Positions 9,685-20,876 of a stretch of DNA of 64,000 nucleotides are shown in pieces; the stretch's first letter is position 1; each line of letters opens with the position of its first letter. This DNA is from Longimicrobiales bacterium. GTDB lineage: Bacteria; Gemmatimonadota; Gemmatimonadetes; Longimicrobiales; Gaopeijiaceae. The notes under the pieces are model-generated. The model was not told the origin of the DNA and ran no database searches. It was given only the letters and a program-made list of their open reading frames with translations. The stretch spans positions 1,088,001 through 1,152,000 of the forward strand of contig CAXXKM010000003.1 in the NCBI GenBank assembly GCA_963664435.2, read 5' to 3'. A program made the translations under genes and the position numbers.

Positions 9685-11787
9685 CTAGCCGACGGAGCGG
9701 AGCTGCAGGCGGTCGCCGAAGCGGGTGGTGAACAGATGGCGCCGCATCTCGTTCCCGGGAGCCAGCAGATCGGGGTCGCGGTCGATGGTCGCGCGGGCAT
9801 GTTCGCGGGCGGTTCGCATGAGGTCCTGGTCGAGGGCGAGGTCGGCGAAACGCAGGACGGGCCGCCCATGCTGCTGCGCGCCGAAGAAGTCGCCTTCCCC
9901 GCGCATGGCCAGATCGGCCTGCGCGATCGCGAACCCGTCGTGCGTGTCGCGGAAGACCTTCAGGCGTTCCGCGGCGGCCTCCTCCGCGGCGGCGATGGCG
10001 ACGCAGTAGCTCCGGTCGGCCCCGCGCCCGACCCGGCCGCGGAGCTGGTGCAGCTGCGAGAGGCCGAAGCGCTCGGCGTTCTCGATGAGCATCACGGTGG
10101 CGTTCGACACGTCGATGCCCACCTCCACGACCGAGGTTGCCACCAGCACGTCCAGGTCGCCGGCCAGGAAGGTGCGCATCACCGCGTCCCGCTCCTCGCC
10201 GGGAAGCTGGCCGTGGAGGAGGCCGACCCGGAAGTCCGGAAACTCCTCCGCGCGCAGGCGCTCCCGCTCCTCGGTGGCCGACCGCAGCTGCAGCTTGTCG
10301 GACTCGCCCACCAGGGGGTAGACGATGTAGACCTGGCGCCCCTGCGCCACCTCGTCCCGCACCAGCCGGTACGCCTCGGCACGGCGGGAGGGCCGCAGCC
10401 AGCGGGTTTCCACCGGCTTGCGCCCCGGGGGAAGCTCGTCCAGCACGCTCAGATCGAGATCTCCGTACAGGGCGAGCGCCAGCGAGCGCGGAATGGGGGT
10501 CGCCGACATGATCAGGGTGTCGGGAGTGGGGTCGCGCTGGCTCAGCACCATGCGCTGGCGCACCCCGAAACGGTGCTGCTCGTCCACCACCACCAGCCCC
10601 AGGCAGGCGAATTCGACCGACTCCTGAATGAGCGCATGAGTGCCGGTCACCACCTTGCAGCTGCCATCGGCCAGGGCGGCGAGCACGCGGGCGCGCTCGC
10701 CGGCGTCGGTGCGCCCGGTGAGCAGCGCCGTCTCGACCCCGAGCGGGCCGAGCAGGCGCTTCAGGCTGCGGGCGTGCTGTTCGGCGAGCAACTCGGTGGG
10801 CGCCATCAGGGCGGCCTGGCGCCCGCCCTCCACCGCGAGCAGCATGGCGAAGACGGCGACGATGGTCTTCCCCGACCCGACATCCCCCTGAAGCATGCGG
10901 TTCATGCGGCGGTCCGTGGTCATGTCCGCGTAAATCTCGCGCAGCACCCGGGCCTGGGCTTCGGTCAGGCGAAACCCCAGCGACTGGTGCAGGGGGCGGA
11001 TGAGCCGGTTGGTGCGGCGAAACCGGAGACCGTTGACGGCGCCGGTGCTCCGGAAGCGGACGTGCGCGTGCATGAGCTGCAGGAAATACAGTTCGTCCCA
11101 GGCGAGACGTTTCCGGCCCCGCTCGGCGTCCTCGAGGCTCTTCGGCGCGTGAAGGCTGGAGAGCGCCCGGGCCAGACCCGGCACGCCGATCTCCCGGCGC
11201 TCCCCGGGGGAGAGATACTCCTCCTCCTCCACCTGCCGCAGGAGGGCGGGCAGGTTGCGGTCCAGCAGCTGGCGCAGCACCCACTGGGGCACGGACTCGG
11301 ACGCCGGATAGACGACGAAGATGGTGCCGCGGGCCTCGGCATCGCCGCCCTCGGAGGCGCCGCCGCGTCGGCGGCCGGATTCCAGAATGGCGAACTCGCG
11401 GGGCTGAATCTGGCGGCCGTGAAAGAAGCGCACCGTTCCGGCGGCGAGCAGAAGGTCTCCCTTGTGGATTCTGCGATCGAGCCAGGGCTGTCCGGGCCAG
11501 GCGCAGGTGATGTGTCCGGTTTCGTCCTCGATCACCGCCTGGAAGATGCGCAGGCCCTTGCGCGTGGGGATGACCCCGGAGCTGCGGACCCGCCCGACGA
11601 CGACGGCGGAGTCCCCCACCTGGAGCCCGGCCACGGGCTGAACCGTGGAGGCGTCCTCGTAGCGCCGGGGCACGTGGTAGAGCAGATCGCGCGCCTTGCG
11701 GATGTCCAGCCCGGCCAGGTTCTCCGCGCGCCTGGGACCGACGCCCTTGAGATACTGGACCGGCGAGTCGAGCCTCGAGAAGCTCAT
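9685..11787 (-). CDS. recG: ATP-dependent DNA helicase RecG
   Basis: QGDVGSGKT, DEQHRFGV, SATPIPRSL, QLRGRVGRG. Confidence 0.97.
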   Translation of the reverse strand: MSFSRLDSPVQYLKGVGPRRAENLAGLDIRKARDLLYHVPRRYEDASTVQPVAGLQVGDSAVVVGRVRSSGVIPTRKGLRIFQAVIEDETGHITCAWPGQPWLDRRIHKGDLLLAAGTVRFFHGRQIQPREFAILESGRRRGGASEGGDAEARGTIFVVYPASESVPQWVLRQLLDRNLPALLRQVEEEEYLSPGERREIGVPGLARALSSLHAPKSLEDAERGRKRLAWDELYFLQLMHAHVRFRSTGAVNGLRFRRTNRLIRPLHQSLGFRLTEAQARVLREIYADMTTDRRMNRMLQGDVGSGKTIVAVFAMLLAVEGGRQAALMAPTELLAEQHARSLKRLLGPLGVETALLTGRTDAGERARVLAALADGSCKVVTGTHALIQESVEFACLGLVVVDEQHRFGVRQRMVLSQRDPTPDTLIMSATPIPRSLALALYGDLDLSVLDELPPGRKPVETRWLRPSRRAEAYRLVRDEVAQGRQVYIVYPLVGESDKLQLRSATEERERLRAEEFPDFRVGLLHGQLPGEERDAVMRTFLAGDLDVLVATSVVEVGIDVSNATVMLIENAERFGLSQLHQLRGRVGRGADRSYCVAIAAAEEAAAERLKVFRDTHDGFAIAQADLAMRGEGDFFGAQQHGRPVLRFADLALDQDLMRTAREHARATIDRDPDLLAPGNEMRRHLFTTRFGDRLQLRSVG

Positions 11788-12809
11788 GCCGGGGATCCGA
11801 AGACGCCCTCCAGAAACGCGTTCGCGTCGAAGGGCTCGAGGTCTCCGGGGCCTTCGCCGACCCCGACCAGCTTGACCGGCAACCCGAACTCCTGCCTGAG
11901 GGCGACGACGATGCCGCCGCGCGCACTGGAATCCATCTTGGCGAGCAGGATCCCGCTGGGACTCACCGCGTCGCGGAAGGCCCGCACCTGGGCGAGCGCG
12001 TTCTGCCCCACGGTTGCGTCGAGCACGATCAGGGTCTCGTGGGGCGCCCCCGGAAGCTTGCGGGCGATGACCCGCCGCACCTTGGCGAGTTCGTCCATCA
12101 GCCCGGTCCGGGTGTGGAGGCGCCCGGCGGTGTCGACGATCACGACGTCAACGCGGCGCGCTTGGGCCGCATCGATGGCGTCGAAGGCGACCGCGGCCGG
12201 ATCTCCCCCCGGCTGTCCGGCAACGAAGTCGGCACCGGTGCGCTCCGCCCAGATGCGGAGCTGGGAGATCGCGCCGGCCCGATAGGTGTCCGCACCGGCG
12301 AGCAGGACTTTCCTGCCCCGGGCGGCCAGCACGTGCGCCAGCTTTCCGGCGGAGGTGGTCTTCCCGACCCCGTTGACCCCGACCATGAGGTAGGCGGCGA
12401 TTCCCCGGGGGGGCTCCCGGAGAGGGAAGCCGGTCTCCATTGGGGTGCCTGCCGGGGTCGCCTCCGGGGGTGCCTCGGGCACCAGGATCTCCGCCACTTC
12501 GGCGCGCAGGGCGATGCGCAGCGCGTCCGGGCCGCGGATCCTTCCGCGCCGCTGGAGCGCCGCGACGCGGTCCACCAGCCGCAGCGCGGCCTCAACCCCG
12601 AAGTCGGCGGCCAGCAGGCGGTCCTCGAGGTCCTCGAGCGTGTCGGCGTCCAGCCCGCGCGCGGACGGCCGGAGATCCGGGAGAGCGAAGCCCACGACCC
12701 TCCGCCACAGCGACCCGCGAGTACCGCGCCCCTTGCGGGTCAACCGCCGCGGGGGCGTCACAGGCGCTACCGGAGCCCCTGGCGCCTGCGACCGATCCAC
12801 TCTCCGCAC
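11784..12809 (-). CDS. ftsY: Signal recognition particle receptor FtsY
   Basis: GVNGVGKTT, DTAGRLHT, DATVGQN, GVGE. Confidence 0.95.
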   Translation of the reverse strand: MRRVDRSQAPGAPVAPVTPPRRLTRKGRGTRGSLWRRVVGFALPDLRPSARGLDADTLEDLEDRLLAADFGVEAALRLVDRVAALQRRGRIRGPDALRIALRAEVAEILVPEAPPEATPAGTPMETGFPLREPPRGIAAYLMVGVNGVGKTTSAGKLAHVLAARGRKVLLAGADTYRAGAISQLRIWAERTGADFVAGQPGGDPAAVAFDAIDAAQARRVDVVIVDTAGRLHTRTGLMDELAKVRRVIARKLPGAPHETLIVLDATVGQNALAQVRAFRDAVSPSGILLAKMDSSARGGIVVALRQEFGLPVKLVGVGEGPGDLEPFDANAFLEGVFGSPA

Positions 12810-14722
12810 AGCACCGCGAGGACGAGGATGAAGGGCGCCGGATGGGTGCGCAGCGGACGGCCCGGGGCCGCACGCGCGCCGGCATCCGCTGCATCTCCGC
12901 TCACCGCGTCGGCGACGGGGGGCAGCCGGAGGTCGCCGGTGTAGCGCTCGACGTCGAAACGTCCACTCGTTTGCTCGTCCCCGGCCTCCGGAGAGAGCGC
13001 AAACTCGTAGGCTCCCGGCTCCAGCGGCGCGGTGGTGAAGGTCTCGGTGGAGTCAACCGCCACCGTGCGCTCGAGGACGCTCTCGCCATCGCGGACGAGG
13101 CTCAGACCGAGGCTCTGTCCGGCCATTCCGGGGGCCTGCCAGTGCACCGGGCTCCCGCGCGCGATCACCGGCTCGGCCGGACCGGGCGGGCCGGCGGTCG
13201 CAAGCCGCTCCCCGGCGAACAGCCAGTTCGCCACTCCGGCCCACAGCGACCGGTAGGCGCGGCGCGGCGTTCCTTCGCGGGCGGCCCAACGCCAGTAGCC
13301 TTCGGCCAGGCCGACCCCCACGCGTCTGCCCTCCTCGGCGATCAGGACAAGGGCGGCCTCTCCGGTGCCGCGTCCGCCGAGGTGCACCTGGAGCGCGACC
13401 GCTCCGGAGGGCGCCGTGGCAGGGTGGAGGGCGGTGAGGGGCGGCAGGGCCCGCAGGTCGAGGCCGGCGAACTGCCCCGCCAGCGGCGAGGCCGGCAGGT
13501 CGGCGGAGACGTACCACTCCCCCTCGACATCTCCCGCCACCGCCACCCCGCCCAGCGACGCCCCCGCCCGGTCGGCCGGGAAGATGAGCAGGCGCGGTGC
13601 GCTCCGGGCGGCGTCCCGCACCCACCCGGGAGCGGTCGCGCCGACGCCGTGCAGCACCACGATGTCGGCTCCCGCGAGCATCGTGCCGAGTTCAGCCTCG
13701 GTGACCTCGTCCGCGACCTCCTCGCCGCGGCCGATCGGCAGGTACCGCGACCCCGTTACGCCGAGGTAGCCGCGCGCCGGCAGCCCGGTCACGTCCTCCA
13801 GCACGGGGAGCAGGTAGCGGGGTTCCCAGTCCGGACGCAGGGAGAGCAGGACGAGCCCGGCCTGCGGGGGCGCCACGCGCACATAGCGCACGCGCCGGTC
13901 GTCGTCGGCAAACCCGTCTTCGTCGACAACGACGGCGGCGGTGTAGCGCACCAGCCCCTCGGTCGAGGGGGCGGGGAGGTCCACCGGCGTGCGGGCGACC
14001 TCGCCGGGCGGGGGGATCTCCACCGGAACCGAGGCGACCAGGCGCTCTTCCTCGTGCACTTCGATGCGAGCCGCGGTCCCGGGCGCGGCCTCGCCGAACA
14101 CCGTGACCTCGGCGGCAAGGGGCGTCCCCCGTTCGGCACGCGCGGGCGTGGCGAAGTCGGCGACCCCGGCATTCGTCACCGCCGGGTCCACCACCTCCAG
14201 CCGCGCCTGCAGCCCGGGCACGACCGGCAGACTTCCGAAGTCGGCATCGGTCAGGCGCCCGTCGCTCACCACCGTGACCGCGCGTGCGCCCGACTCGGCC
14301 GCGGCGCGCAGGGCCGGGAGGAGCCGGGAGGAGGTGGCCGTCGGCGCGCTCCCCTCCAGCTGGTCGCCGGCGCTCGCCGCCACGGCATTCCCAAAGACCA
14401 GGATCCGGCCTCCACCGCCCGCGAGGCGCCGCGCTTCGCGAACCGCGTCCGACCACGCCGTTTCTCCGCCGGGAGGGCCGGCCGACATGCTCAGGGAGCC
14501 GTCCAGCAGCACGACGGCGCCCTGGCCGATGCCGTCACCCGCGCCAGCCGGCAGGCGGGGATTCCAGATGAGCAGCAGCACGAGGAAGATCGCCAGCGCC
14601 CTTCCCAGGGCCAGCAACCGGCGACCCGCCACCGGCAGTTCCCGGCGATGGTAGACCCAGAAGGAAAACCCGCATGCCGCCACCAGCAGAAGGGGCAGCG
14701 CGATCCAGGAAAACAGGCTCAC
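12767..14722 (-). CDS. Membrane-anchored protein with a VWA-like (DGSLSM...SDG) domain
   Basis: Two N-terminal TM helices, MIDAS-like DxSxS, C-terminal TM ending EWIGRRRQGL. Confidence 0.7.
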   Translation of the reverse strand: MSLFSWIALPLLLVAACGFSFWVYHRRELPVAGRRLLALGRALAIFLVLLLIWNPRLPAGAGDGIGQGAVVLLDGSLSMSAGPPGGETAWSDAVREARRLAGGGGRILVFGNAVAASAGDQLEGSAPTATSSRLLPALRAAAESGARAVTVVSDGRLTDADFGSLPVVPGLQARLEVVDPAVTNAGVADFATPARAERGTPLAAEVTVFGEAAPGTAARIEVHEEERLVASVPVEIPPPGEVARTPVDLPAPSTEGLVRYTAAVVVDEDGFADDDRRVRYVRVAPPQAGLVLLSLRPDWEPRYLLPVLEDVTGLPARGYLGVTGSRYLPIGRGEEVADEVTEAELGTMLAGADIVVLHGVGATAPGWVRDAARSAPRLLIFPADRAGASLGGVAVAGDVEGEWYVSADLPASPLAGQFAGLDLRALPPLTALHPATAPSGAVALQVHLGGRGTGEAALVLIAEEGRRVGVGLAEGYWRWAAREGTPRRAYRSLWAGVANWLFAGERLATAGPPGPAEPVIARGSPVHWQAPGMAGQSLGLSLVRDGESVLERTVAVDSTETFTTAPLEPGAYEFALSPEAGDEQTSGRFDVERYTGDLRLPPVADAVSGDAADAGARAAPGRPLRTHPAPFILVLAVLCGEWIGRRRQGLR

Positions 14723-14753
14723 TCTTTCGACCCGGCGTATGCGCCGGACGGGA

Positions 14754-16094
14754 TCACTGCTCGTCCTGGGGCTCGACCCCGCCCTCGGCTGCTTCGGCGA
14801 CGACCGAGGCGCCCGGCATGCCCTGGCGCGGCACGAACGCGGGGCTGGCGAGAAGCGCTCGTCCTTGCGCGAGCCGCTCCTCCCACCGGGACCACATGGC
14901 TTCCGAAATCGCCTCGCCGGGAGGGATGCGGATGTCGAGGGGATCCTCGACCCGGCCGTTCCGCCGCAGCTCGTAGTGCAGATGCGGTCCGGTCGCCATC
15001 CCTGTCATGCCTACGAAGCCGATGGTCTGCCCCTGCCTCACCCGAGCCCCGGCCGCCACGCCGGAGCCGAAGCCGCTCAGATGCGCGTAGCGGGTCACGA
15101 AGCCGTTGCCGTGCCGGATCTCCACGAGGTTGCCGTAGCTGCCTCTCCAGCCACGGTGGGTGACGACCCCGTTGGCGGTCGCCATGACCGGAACGCCGGT
15201 GTCGGCGGCGTAGTCGACGCCGTTGTGGGCGCGCCATGTCCGCAGGACGGGGTGGAAGCGGGCGCTCTGCACCCGCGAGGAGATGCGGCGGTACTCGAGC
15301 GGCTTCAGCAGGAACTGCCGCTGAACCGACCTGCCCCCGGCATCATAGTAGGCTCCCTCGCCATCCCCGGAGGCGTCGAACCAGAAGGCCCGAAAGGGGG
15401 TTTCCCGGTTGACGAACTCCGCCGCCAGGATGCGTCCGTTGCCTCTCATGGACCCGTCAGGGCGGACGGCGCGCTCGAGAACCACGCGATAGGCATCGCC
15501 CGGCTGAACCTGCCGGTGGAAGTCCACCTCCCACTGGAAGATCTTGTCGAGGCCGTCCATGAGCCTGGCCCGGTCGCCGGAGGGCATGAACTGCAGCGAC
15601 GGGTTCCCCATCACGGCCATCCAGAGACTGTTGCGGATGGTTCCGTCGACGAAAACCGTGTCGGCCACGACCGGAGTTCGCACCATCCGCGATGTCCAGC
15701 CGTTCATGGCGCGGTCCAGGTACACCGTCGAATCCGGACTCAGCCCCACTTCCACAGCCGTCAGCTCACCGTCCCGGCGGTCTCTCCAATACCGTACCGG
15801 GGTGCCCGCAACGAGTCGGCGGGGATTGGCTCGCTCCCCGAAGGCGGCCAGCAGGGCGACCCGTTGGTCGGCCGGGAGGTCGGCGGCGAAGAATAGCGCC
15901 CCCAGGGTCTGGCCGCGCCGCAGGCTGACCTGCTCCGCGACTTCCGGGGGCGTGGCCGCGACGGCAGCCAGCGTACCGGCATCGTAGGTAACGGACCTGC
16001 CGGGGACGAGCCAGGCGGTTGCCCCCAACCCGAGGACGCCCAACACGATGGCCGCAGCCGACGCGAGCCTGCGATCCCCCGCCATGCGCCTCAT
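14754..16094 (-). CDS. M23-family peptidoglycan DD-metalloendopeptidase (MepM-like)
   Basis: HNGVDYAA, YAHL and GPHLHYE M23 motifs; N-terminal TM segment. Confidence 0.9.
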   Translation of the reverse strand: MRRMAGDRRLASAAAIVLGVLGLGATAWLVPGRSVTYDAGTLAAVAATPPEVAEQVSLRRGQTLGALFFAADLPADQRVALLAAFGERANPRRLVAGTPVRYWRDRRDGELTAVEVGLSPDSTVYLDRAMNGWTSRMVRTPVVADTVFVDGTIRNSLWMAVMGNPSLQFMPSGDRARLMDGLDKIFQWEVDFHRQVQPGDAYRVVLERAVRPDGSMRGNGRILAAEFVNRETPFRAFWFDASGDGEGAYYDAGGRSVQRQFLLKPLEYRRISSRVQSARFHPVLRTWRAHNGVDYAADTGVPVMATANGVVTHRGWRGSYGNLVEIRHGNGFVTRYAHLSGFGSGVAAGARVRQGQTIGFVGMTGMATGPHLHYELRRNGRVEDPLDIRIPPGEAISEAMWSRWEERLAQGRALLASPAFVPRQGMPGASVVAEAAEGGVEPQDEQ

Positions 16095-16173
16095 CCCGCC
16101 CCCGGCTCCAGGGCGCCCGGCGCCATGGCCATCCGGCGCCTCAAATCCGCTCCGATCCGCTCCCTCCACAACC

Positions 16174-17403
16174 TCACCGGGCAAGCGTCACGAAGGTCGG
16201 CAGATCGAGGACATCGACCGGGCCGCGGACGATGACGCGTTTCCGCTTCCGGGGCTGCGCGGGCCTGGGGGTACTGGGAGTCATGTTCATGCTCGCTGTA
16301 CTTCTGCCTGTGGCCGCCGCCGTCTGCAGGGCGGCCGCCCTTGCCGGGCGCGAGGACGGGAACGGCGACGCCCTCCCGTCCAATCCGGATGAAGAACCGT
16401 TGCTCGTCATCTCCGACCGCAGCGCACGGGGCGCCTCGGACCCATTGCCGAACCCCGTGCCGATGACCGTGACCCTCACGCTCTCGTTCAGCTTGGGATC
16501 GTGGACCGCGCCGAAGATGATCTCGGCTTCGTCGCCGGCCTCTTCCTGAATGATACTAGAGATCCTGGTCACGTCGTCAATGGCGAGATCCATTCCGCCG
16601 GTGATGTTGATCAGGACTCCGTGGGCGCCCTTGAGGGATACGTCGCCCAGAAGCGGAGAGGAGATGGCCTTGCGGGCGGCTTCCTCGGCCCTGTGTTCCC
16701 CCTCCCCGAAACCGGAACCCATGAGCGCGCCGCCGCCGCAGGCCATCACGGTGCGCACATCCGCGAAGTCGACGTTGACCTCGCCGGCGACCCGGATGAG
16801 GTCGCTGATGCCCTGTGTGGCGTGCAGGAGGATTTCGTCGGCCTTCTTGAGGGCGTCCTGGAAGCTGGTTCCCTTGCCGACCACCGTCATGATGCGGTCG
16901 TTGGGGACGACGATCACCGTGTCCACCGCCTTGCGCAGCTCATCGAGGCCCTGCTCGGCCTGCCGGAGGCGCTTCCTGCCCTCGAACGAGAAGGGCCGGG
17001 TGACGATGCCGATGGTCAGCGCACCCATCTCCCTGGCGAAGCGACCGATGATGGGAGCGGCACCCGTCCCCGTCCCGCCGCCCATGCCCGCGGTAATGAA
17101 GACCAGGTCCGCCCCCTGTATCGCCTTGGTCACCTCGTCGGCGTTCTCGTGGATGGCCTGGCGTCCGATCTCGGGACGGGCGCCCGCCCCAAGGCCGCGG
17201 GTCAGCTTCTTTCCGATCTGGATGCAGATCGACGCCCTGGACTGACGCAGCGCCTGGGCATCCGTGTTCGTGGCGATGAGCTCCACGCCCTGGAGGTTCT
17301 CATCGACCATCCGGTTGACCGCGTTGCCGCCGGCTCCGCCGCAGCCGACCACCTTCATGCAGGCGCTGGGGGCCGCGCTTTCGTCGTAGTCGAAGATCGT
17401 CAT
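16174..17403 (-). CDS. ftsZ: Cell division protein FtsZ
   Basis: [18 protein letters not shown] tubulin signature, NVDFADV, C-terminal LDLPTF. Confidence 0.97.
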   Translation of the reverse strand: MTIFDYDESAAPSACMKVVGCGGAGGNAVNRMVDENLQGVELIATNTDAQALRQSRASICIQIGKKLTRGLGAGARPEIGRQAIHENADEVTKAIQGADLVFITAGMGGGTGTGAAPIIGRFAREMGALTIGIVTRPFSFEGRKRLRQAEQGLDELRKAVDTVIVVPNDRIMTVVGKGTSFQDALKKADEILLHATQGISDLIRVAGEVNVDFADVRTVMACGGGALMGSGFGEGEHRAEEAARKAISSPLLGDVSLKGAHGVLINITGGMDLAIDDVTRISSIIQEEAGDEAEIIFGAVHDPKLNESVRVTVIGTGFGNGSEAPRALRSEMTSNGSSSGLDGRASPFPSSRPARAAALQTAAATGRSTASMNMTPSTPRPAQPRKRKRVIVRGPVDVLDLPTFVTLAR

Positions 17404-17492
17404 CTTTCCCTTCCTTTCTGGATGGATGTCTTCCCATTCCCGTTCCTCGCGCCGGCCAGGGGACCCGCCCCCCACCCGCTACCGCCGTCCGC

Positions 17493-18728
17493 TCAGAAAA
17501 ACTCCTTGAGCCAGGATCCAACCCTTCCGACCATTCCGGGCGTATGAGCCAGCGCCCCCTGCCCCGTCTTGGCAAAGCGGTCGGCTCCGTATTGCGCCAC
17601 GCCGACAACCGTGGAGAGGCGAGAGCGGTTCAGCGAATCGGCCAACCCGCTGACGCCTGCGCCGGGCGTGCCGATGCGAACCGGCGTGCCCAGCGTCCTC
17701 TGTACCAGCTCGCCGATCCCGTCGAGGGCGGCGACTCCGCCGGTCAGAACCACTCCCGTACCCAGCGGGGCGATCAGCTCCCGCGCATTCAGCTCCCGCT
17801 GATACCAGGCGACAATTGCCGTCAACCGGTTCTCGAGGGCGTCCGCGACCGCCGCCCGGCCGATGCGTCGAGGTCGCGACGCCGTGGGCCCGGGGATCTC
17901 GACCATGTCCCTGGAATCCACGAGCTCCGCCAGGGCGCAACCGTGTTTCTCCAGCACCCGGCGCGCCTCCTCGTGCTGGATGTGAAGATGCTGGACCAGG
18001 TCCCAGGTCAGCGCGACCCCCCCGGTCGGCAGCATGTCCGTGTGGTACGGCCTGCCGTCGACGAAAATCGCCATCTGGCTCGTGGCCCCGCCCAGATCCA
18101 GAAGCGCGACGCCGATCTCCCGTTCGTCTTCCCGCAGCACGGCGCGGGCGGCGGCCAGGGGCTCCAGGATGAGCTTTTCCACCCGGTAGCCCGCCCGGGA
18201 AACGGCGCTGCGGATGTTGTTGGCGATCGCCGAGGCGCCCGTCACCAGGTAGACTTCCGACTCGAGGCGCGTGCCCGGCATGCCAACCGGGTGCAGGATC
18301 CCCGTGTTGCCGTCCACCGTGTAGCTCTGAGGCACCGTGTGCAGCAGTTCGCGGTCGTGGGGCAGCGCGACGGCGCGCGCCACCACGTGCAGCCGCGCCA
18401 TGTCGTCCGCCGACACCTCGGTTGAAGAGATGGCGACCACGCCGTTCGAGGGGAAGGTCTGCACCTGGTCGCCGCTGATGCCGACATAGATGTCGGAAAC
18501 GGTGCAGCCCGCCATGAGCTCGGCTTCGCGCACCGCCTTGGCGACGCGCTCGGACATCTCCTCGACATCCTGCACGACATCCCGATGCACGCCGTTCGTA
18601 TACACCTGCCCGACACCCAGGACCTCGATCCAGTGTGCCGGATACTGCCCTCTCACCTCCGCGATTAGGGCGGTGGTGCGCGTAGCGCCGATATCCAGTC
18701 CCGCAACCAGATGGGAAGCCATCTTCAT
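17493..18728 (-). CDS. ftsA: Cell division protein FtsA
   Basis: GLDIG, DLGGAT, VLTGG; dcw position. Confidence 0.95.
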   Translation of the reverse strand: MKMASHLVAGLDIGATRTTALIAEVRGQYPAHWIEVLGVGQVYTNGVHRDVVQDVEEMSERVAKAVREAELMAGCTVSDIYVGISGDQVQTFPSNGVVAISSTEVSADDMARLHVVARAVALPHDRELLHTVPQSYTVDGNTGILHPVGMPGTRLESEVYLVTGASAIANNIRSAVSRAGYRVEKLILEPLAAARAVLREDEREIGVALLDLGGATSQMAIFVDGRPYHTDMLPTGGVALTWDLVQHLHIQHEEARRVLEKHGCALAELVDSRDMVEIPGPTASRPRRIGRAAVADALENRLTAIVAWYQRELNARELIAPLGTGVVLTGGVAALDGIGELVQRTLGTPVRIGTPGAGVSGLADSLNRSRLSTVVGVAQYGADRFAKTGQGALAHTPGMVGRVGSWLKEFF

Positions 18729-19480
18729 CGCCTCCCGTCGCCCGGCCCAACCGCGGACGCGTGCCTCACGACCACCTGATCGCGGAAGCGGAGGTCGGCC
18801 ACGGTGACGGTTCGGTCCGGGGCTCGCGAGACCGCGTCGGCCAGGGCCGCGATTCCTTCGCGCAGACGGCGCGCGCTCAGCGGAGGTTGGAAATGCAGGA
18901 CGGCCGCGGTCTCCGAGAAGCGCGCCGTCAGGGCGCCCTCCGTGGTCCACGCGATTTCCGAGACGGAGCGCGCGAAGTCGGGATGCAGCTCGCCCAGCCG
19001 ATGCACCTCCGCGGCCATGGCCCGGATCTGCTGGTGTTCCGTCACCGTCAGCGTGCCGGTCTGCGGCTCCAGGGGACGAAGGATGGGCAGGTCGAGGCGA
19101 TGCAGGGCGGGATCGATGGGGATGTACTCCCCCCCGGGATCGACGGGATTCAGGGCCGGGGTCGCCACCAGGGCGACCGGCCGGCGCTCCCGGATGACGA
19201 TCACCACGGTGTCGCCCGGCAGGGTTCGAACAGTGGCCTCTTCAATCAGCCGGTGGGTGCGCAGCCGCCCTTCGAGAGACCGTGCCCCCCCGCGCTCGTC
19301 CTCGTAGACCGGAATCCACTGGCGGATTTCCTCGGGGTCGAGATAGCGGGCACCCCGCACTTCCACGGTCGAGACGTGGAATCTCGCAAAGCGCGCGAGA
19401 ATGTCGGGACCGTCGCCCAGCGCAGCCAGCGTGGCAGCCGCGAGCAAGAGGGGAACGGTCAACGCAAACACCTTACGCAT
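18725..19480 (-). CDS. ftsQ: Cell division protein FtsQ/DivIB
   Basis: N-terminal TM, POTRA-like region, ERRPVA, DLRFRDQVVV; between murC and ftsA. Confidence 0.88.
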   Translation of the reverse strand: MRKVFALTVPLLLAAATLAALGDGPDILARFARFHVSTVEVRGARYLDPEEIRQWIPVYEDERGGARSLEGRLRTHRLIEEATVRTLPGDTVVIVIRERRPVALVATPALNPVDPGGEYIPIDPALHRLDLPILRPLEPQTGTLTVTEHQQIRAMAAEVHRLGELHPDFARSVSEIAWTTEGALTARFSETAAVLHFQPPLSARRLREGIAALADAVSRAPDRTVTVADLRFRDQVVVRHASAVGPGDGRR

Positions 19481-20876
19481 CGTGTCCTCCCAGGCAGCGA
19501 AGGAGCGCGGGACCGGTGGACTCGATCGATCCGGCGCCCAGGGTCAGGCATACGTCCCCGGCGCGAAGGCTGTCGGCCAGGGCAGCGGGGAGCGTGGTCA
19601 TTTCCGGGTGGTAGCGCGTGTCCCGTCCCCCCGCCGCGGTTACCGCCTCGGACACGAGTTCGCCCGTGATGCCGGGGATGGGCGCCTCGCGCGCGGGGTA
19701 GACGTCGGCAACCCAGGCCTGGTCCGCCGCCGCGAGAGCCCCGCCGAGCTGGCCGGCGAAGTCCCGGGTACGCGAAAACAGGTGAGGCTGGAAGACGGCC
19801 ACCAGGCGGGCTCCGGGGAAGCTTCCGCGCGCGGCCGCGAGCGCCGCCGCGATCTCGGTGGGATGGTGGGCGTAGTCGTCCACCACGATCACCCCGCGCT
19901 CGCGGCCGAGCTGCTCGAAGCGGCGGCGCACCCCGCTGAAGCCCGCCAGCGATCGGCGGATGTCGCTCCACTCGACGCCCATCCGGCGCGCCGCCGCGGC
20001 CGCGCCCAGGGCATTGAGCAGGTTGTGCCTGCCGGGGATGGGGATCGACACGTCGCCCCGGTCCCGCCCACCCTCGAGGATGCGCGCGCGGGTCCCGCCG
20101 GAGCCGGTGCGCACCCGCGTCGCCCGCAACTGCGCGCCCGCACTGAAGCCAAAGGTGCAGGTGCGGGCGCCGAGACCGGCAAGCAGTCTCGAGGCCCCGG
20201 GGTCGTCGGCGCAGACGCATACCGTGCCGTCGGCGGGCACCGCGCCCACGAAGGTGAGGAACGCCTGGCGCAGATGCGCGAGGTCGCCGTAGGTGTCGAG
20301 GTGATCCGCCTCCAGGTTGGTGACCACGGCCGTGCGCGGCGCGATGTGGTGGAAGGAACGGTCGTACTCGTCGGCCTCGACCACGTACAGGTCGCCGCGC
20401 CCGTAGCGCAGATTGCCCTCCCACCCCGCGACCCGCCCCCCGACCAGCCCGGTGGGGTCCCGGCCGGCCGCCGCCAGGATCTCGGTGGCGAACGCGGTAG
20501 TGGTGGTCTTGCCGTGGGTCCCGGCCACCGCCACGACCGTGCCCGCATTGACCCACTGCCCGAGCGCCTCCGCCCGCTTGACCACCGGGATGCCCCGCTC
20601 GCGCGCCGCGCGCACCTCCGGGTTGGACGGGCTGATGGCGGAGGAGACCACGACCGCGGAGACGTCATCCAGGTGATCGGGCGCGTGGCCGGTGGCGACG
20701 GGAATGCCCAGCGCTTCGAGCGACCGCGCGCTCAGATCGCGTCGCAGGTCGCAGCCGGTCACCCGGTAGCCGGAGCGGTGGAAGAGCTCGGCCAGCGCGC
20801 ACATTCCCGCGCCGCCGATGCCCATGAAGTGCACCGTGCCCTCGCGGGCGCGGTCGCGCAGACCCCGGGCGCTCAT
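19473..20876 (-). CDS. murC: UDP-N-acetylmuramate--L-alanine ligase
   Basis: HFMGIGGAGM, GTHGKTTTT, EADEYD, DDYAHHPTEI. Confidence 0.96.
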   Translation of the reverse strand: MSARGLRDRAREGTVHFMGIGGAGMCALAELFHRSGYRVTGCDLRRDLSARSLEALGIPVATGHAPDHLDDVSAVVVSSAISPSNPEVRAARERGIPVVKRAEALGQWVNAGTVVAVAGTHGKTTTTAFATEILAAAGRDPTGLVGGRVAGWEGNLRYGRGDLYVVEADEYDRSFHHIAPRTAVVTNLEADHLDTYGDLAHLRQAFLTFVGAVPADGTVCVCADDPGASRLLAGLGARTCTFGFSAGAQLRATRVRTGSGGTRARILEGGRDRGDVSIPIPGRHNLLNALGAAAAARRMGVEWSDIRRSLAGFSGVRRRFEQLGRERGVIVVDDYAHHPTEIAAALAAARGSFPGARLVAVFQPHLFSRTRDFAGQLGGALAAADQAWVADVYPAREAPIPGITGELVSEAVTAAGGRDTRYHPEMTTLPAALADSLRAGDVCLTLGAGSIESTGPALLRCLGGHDA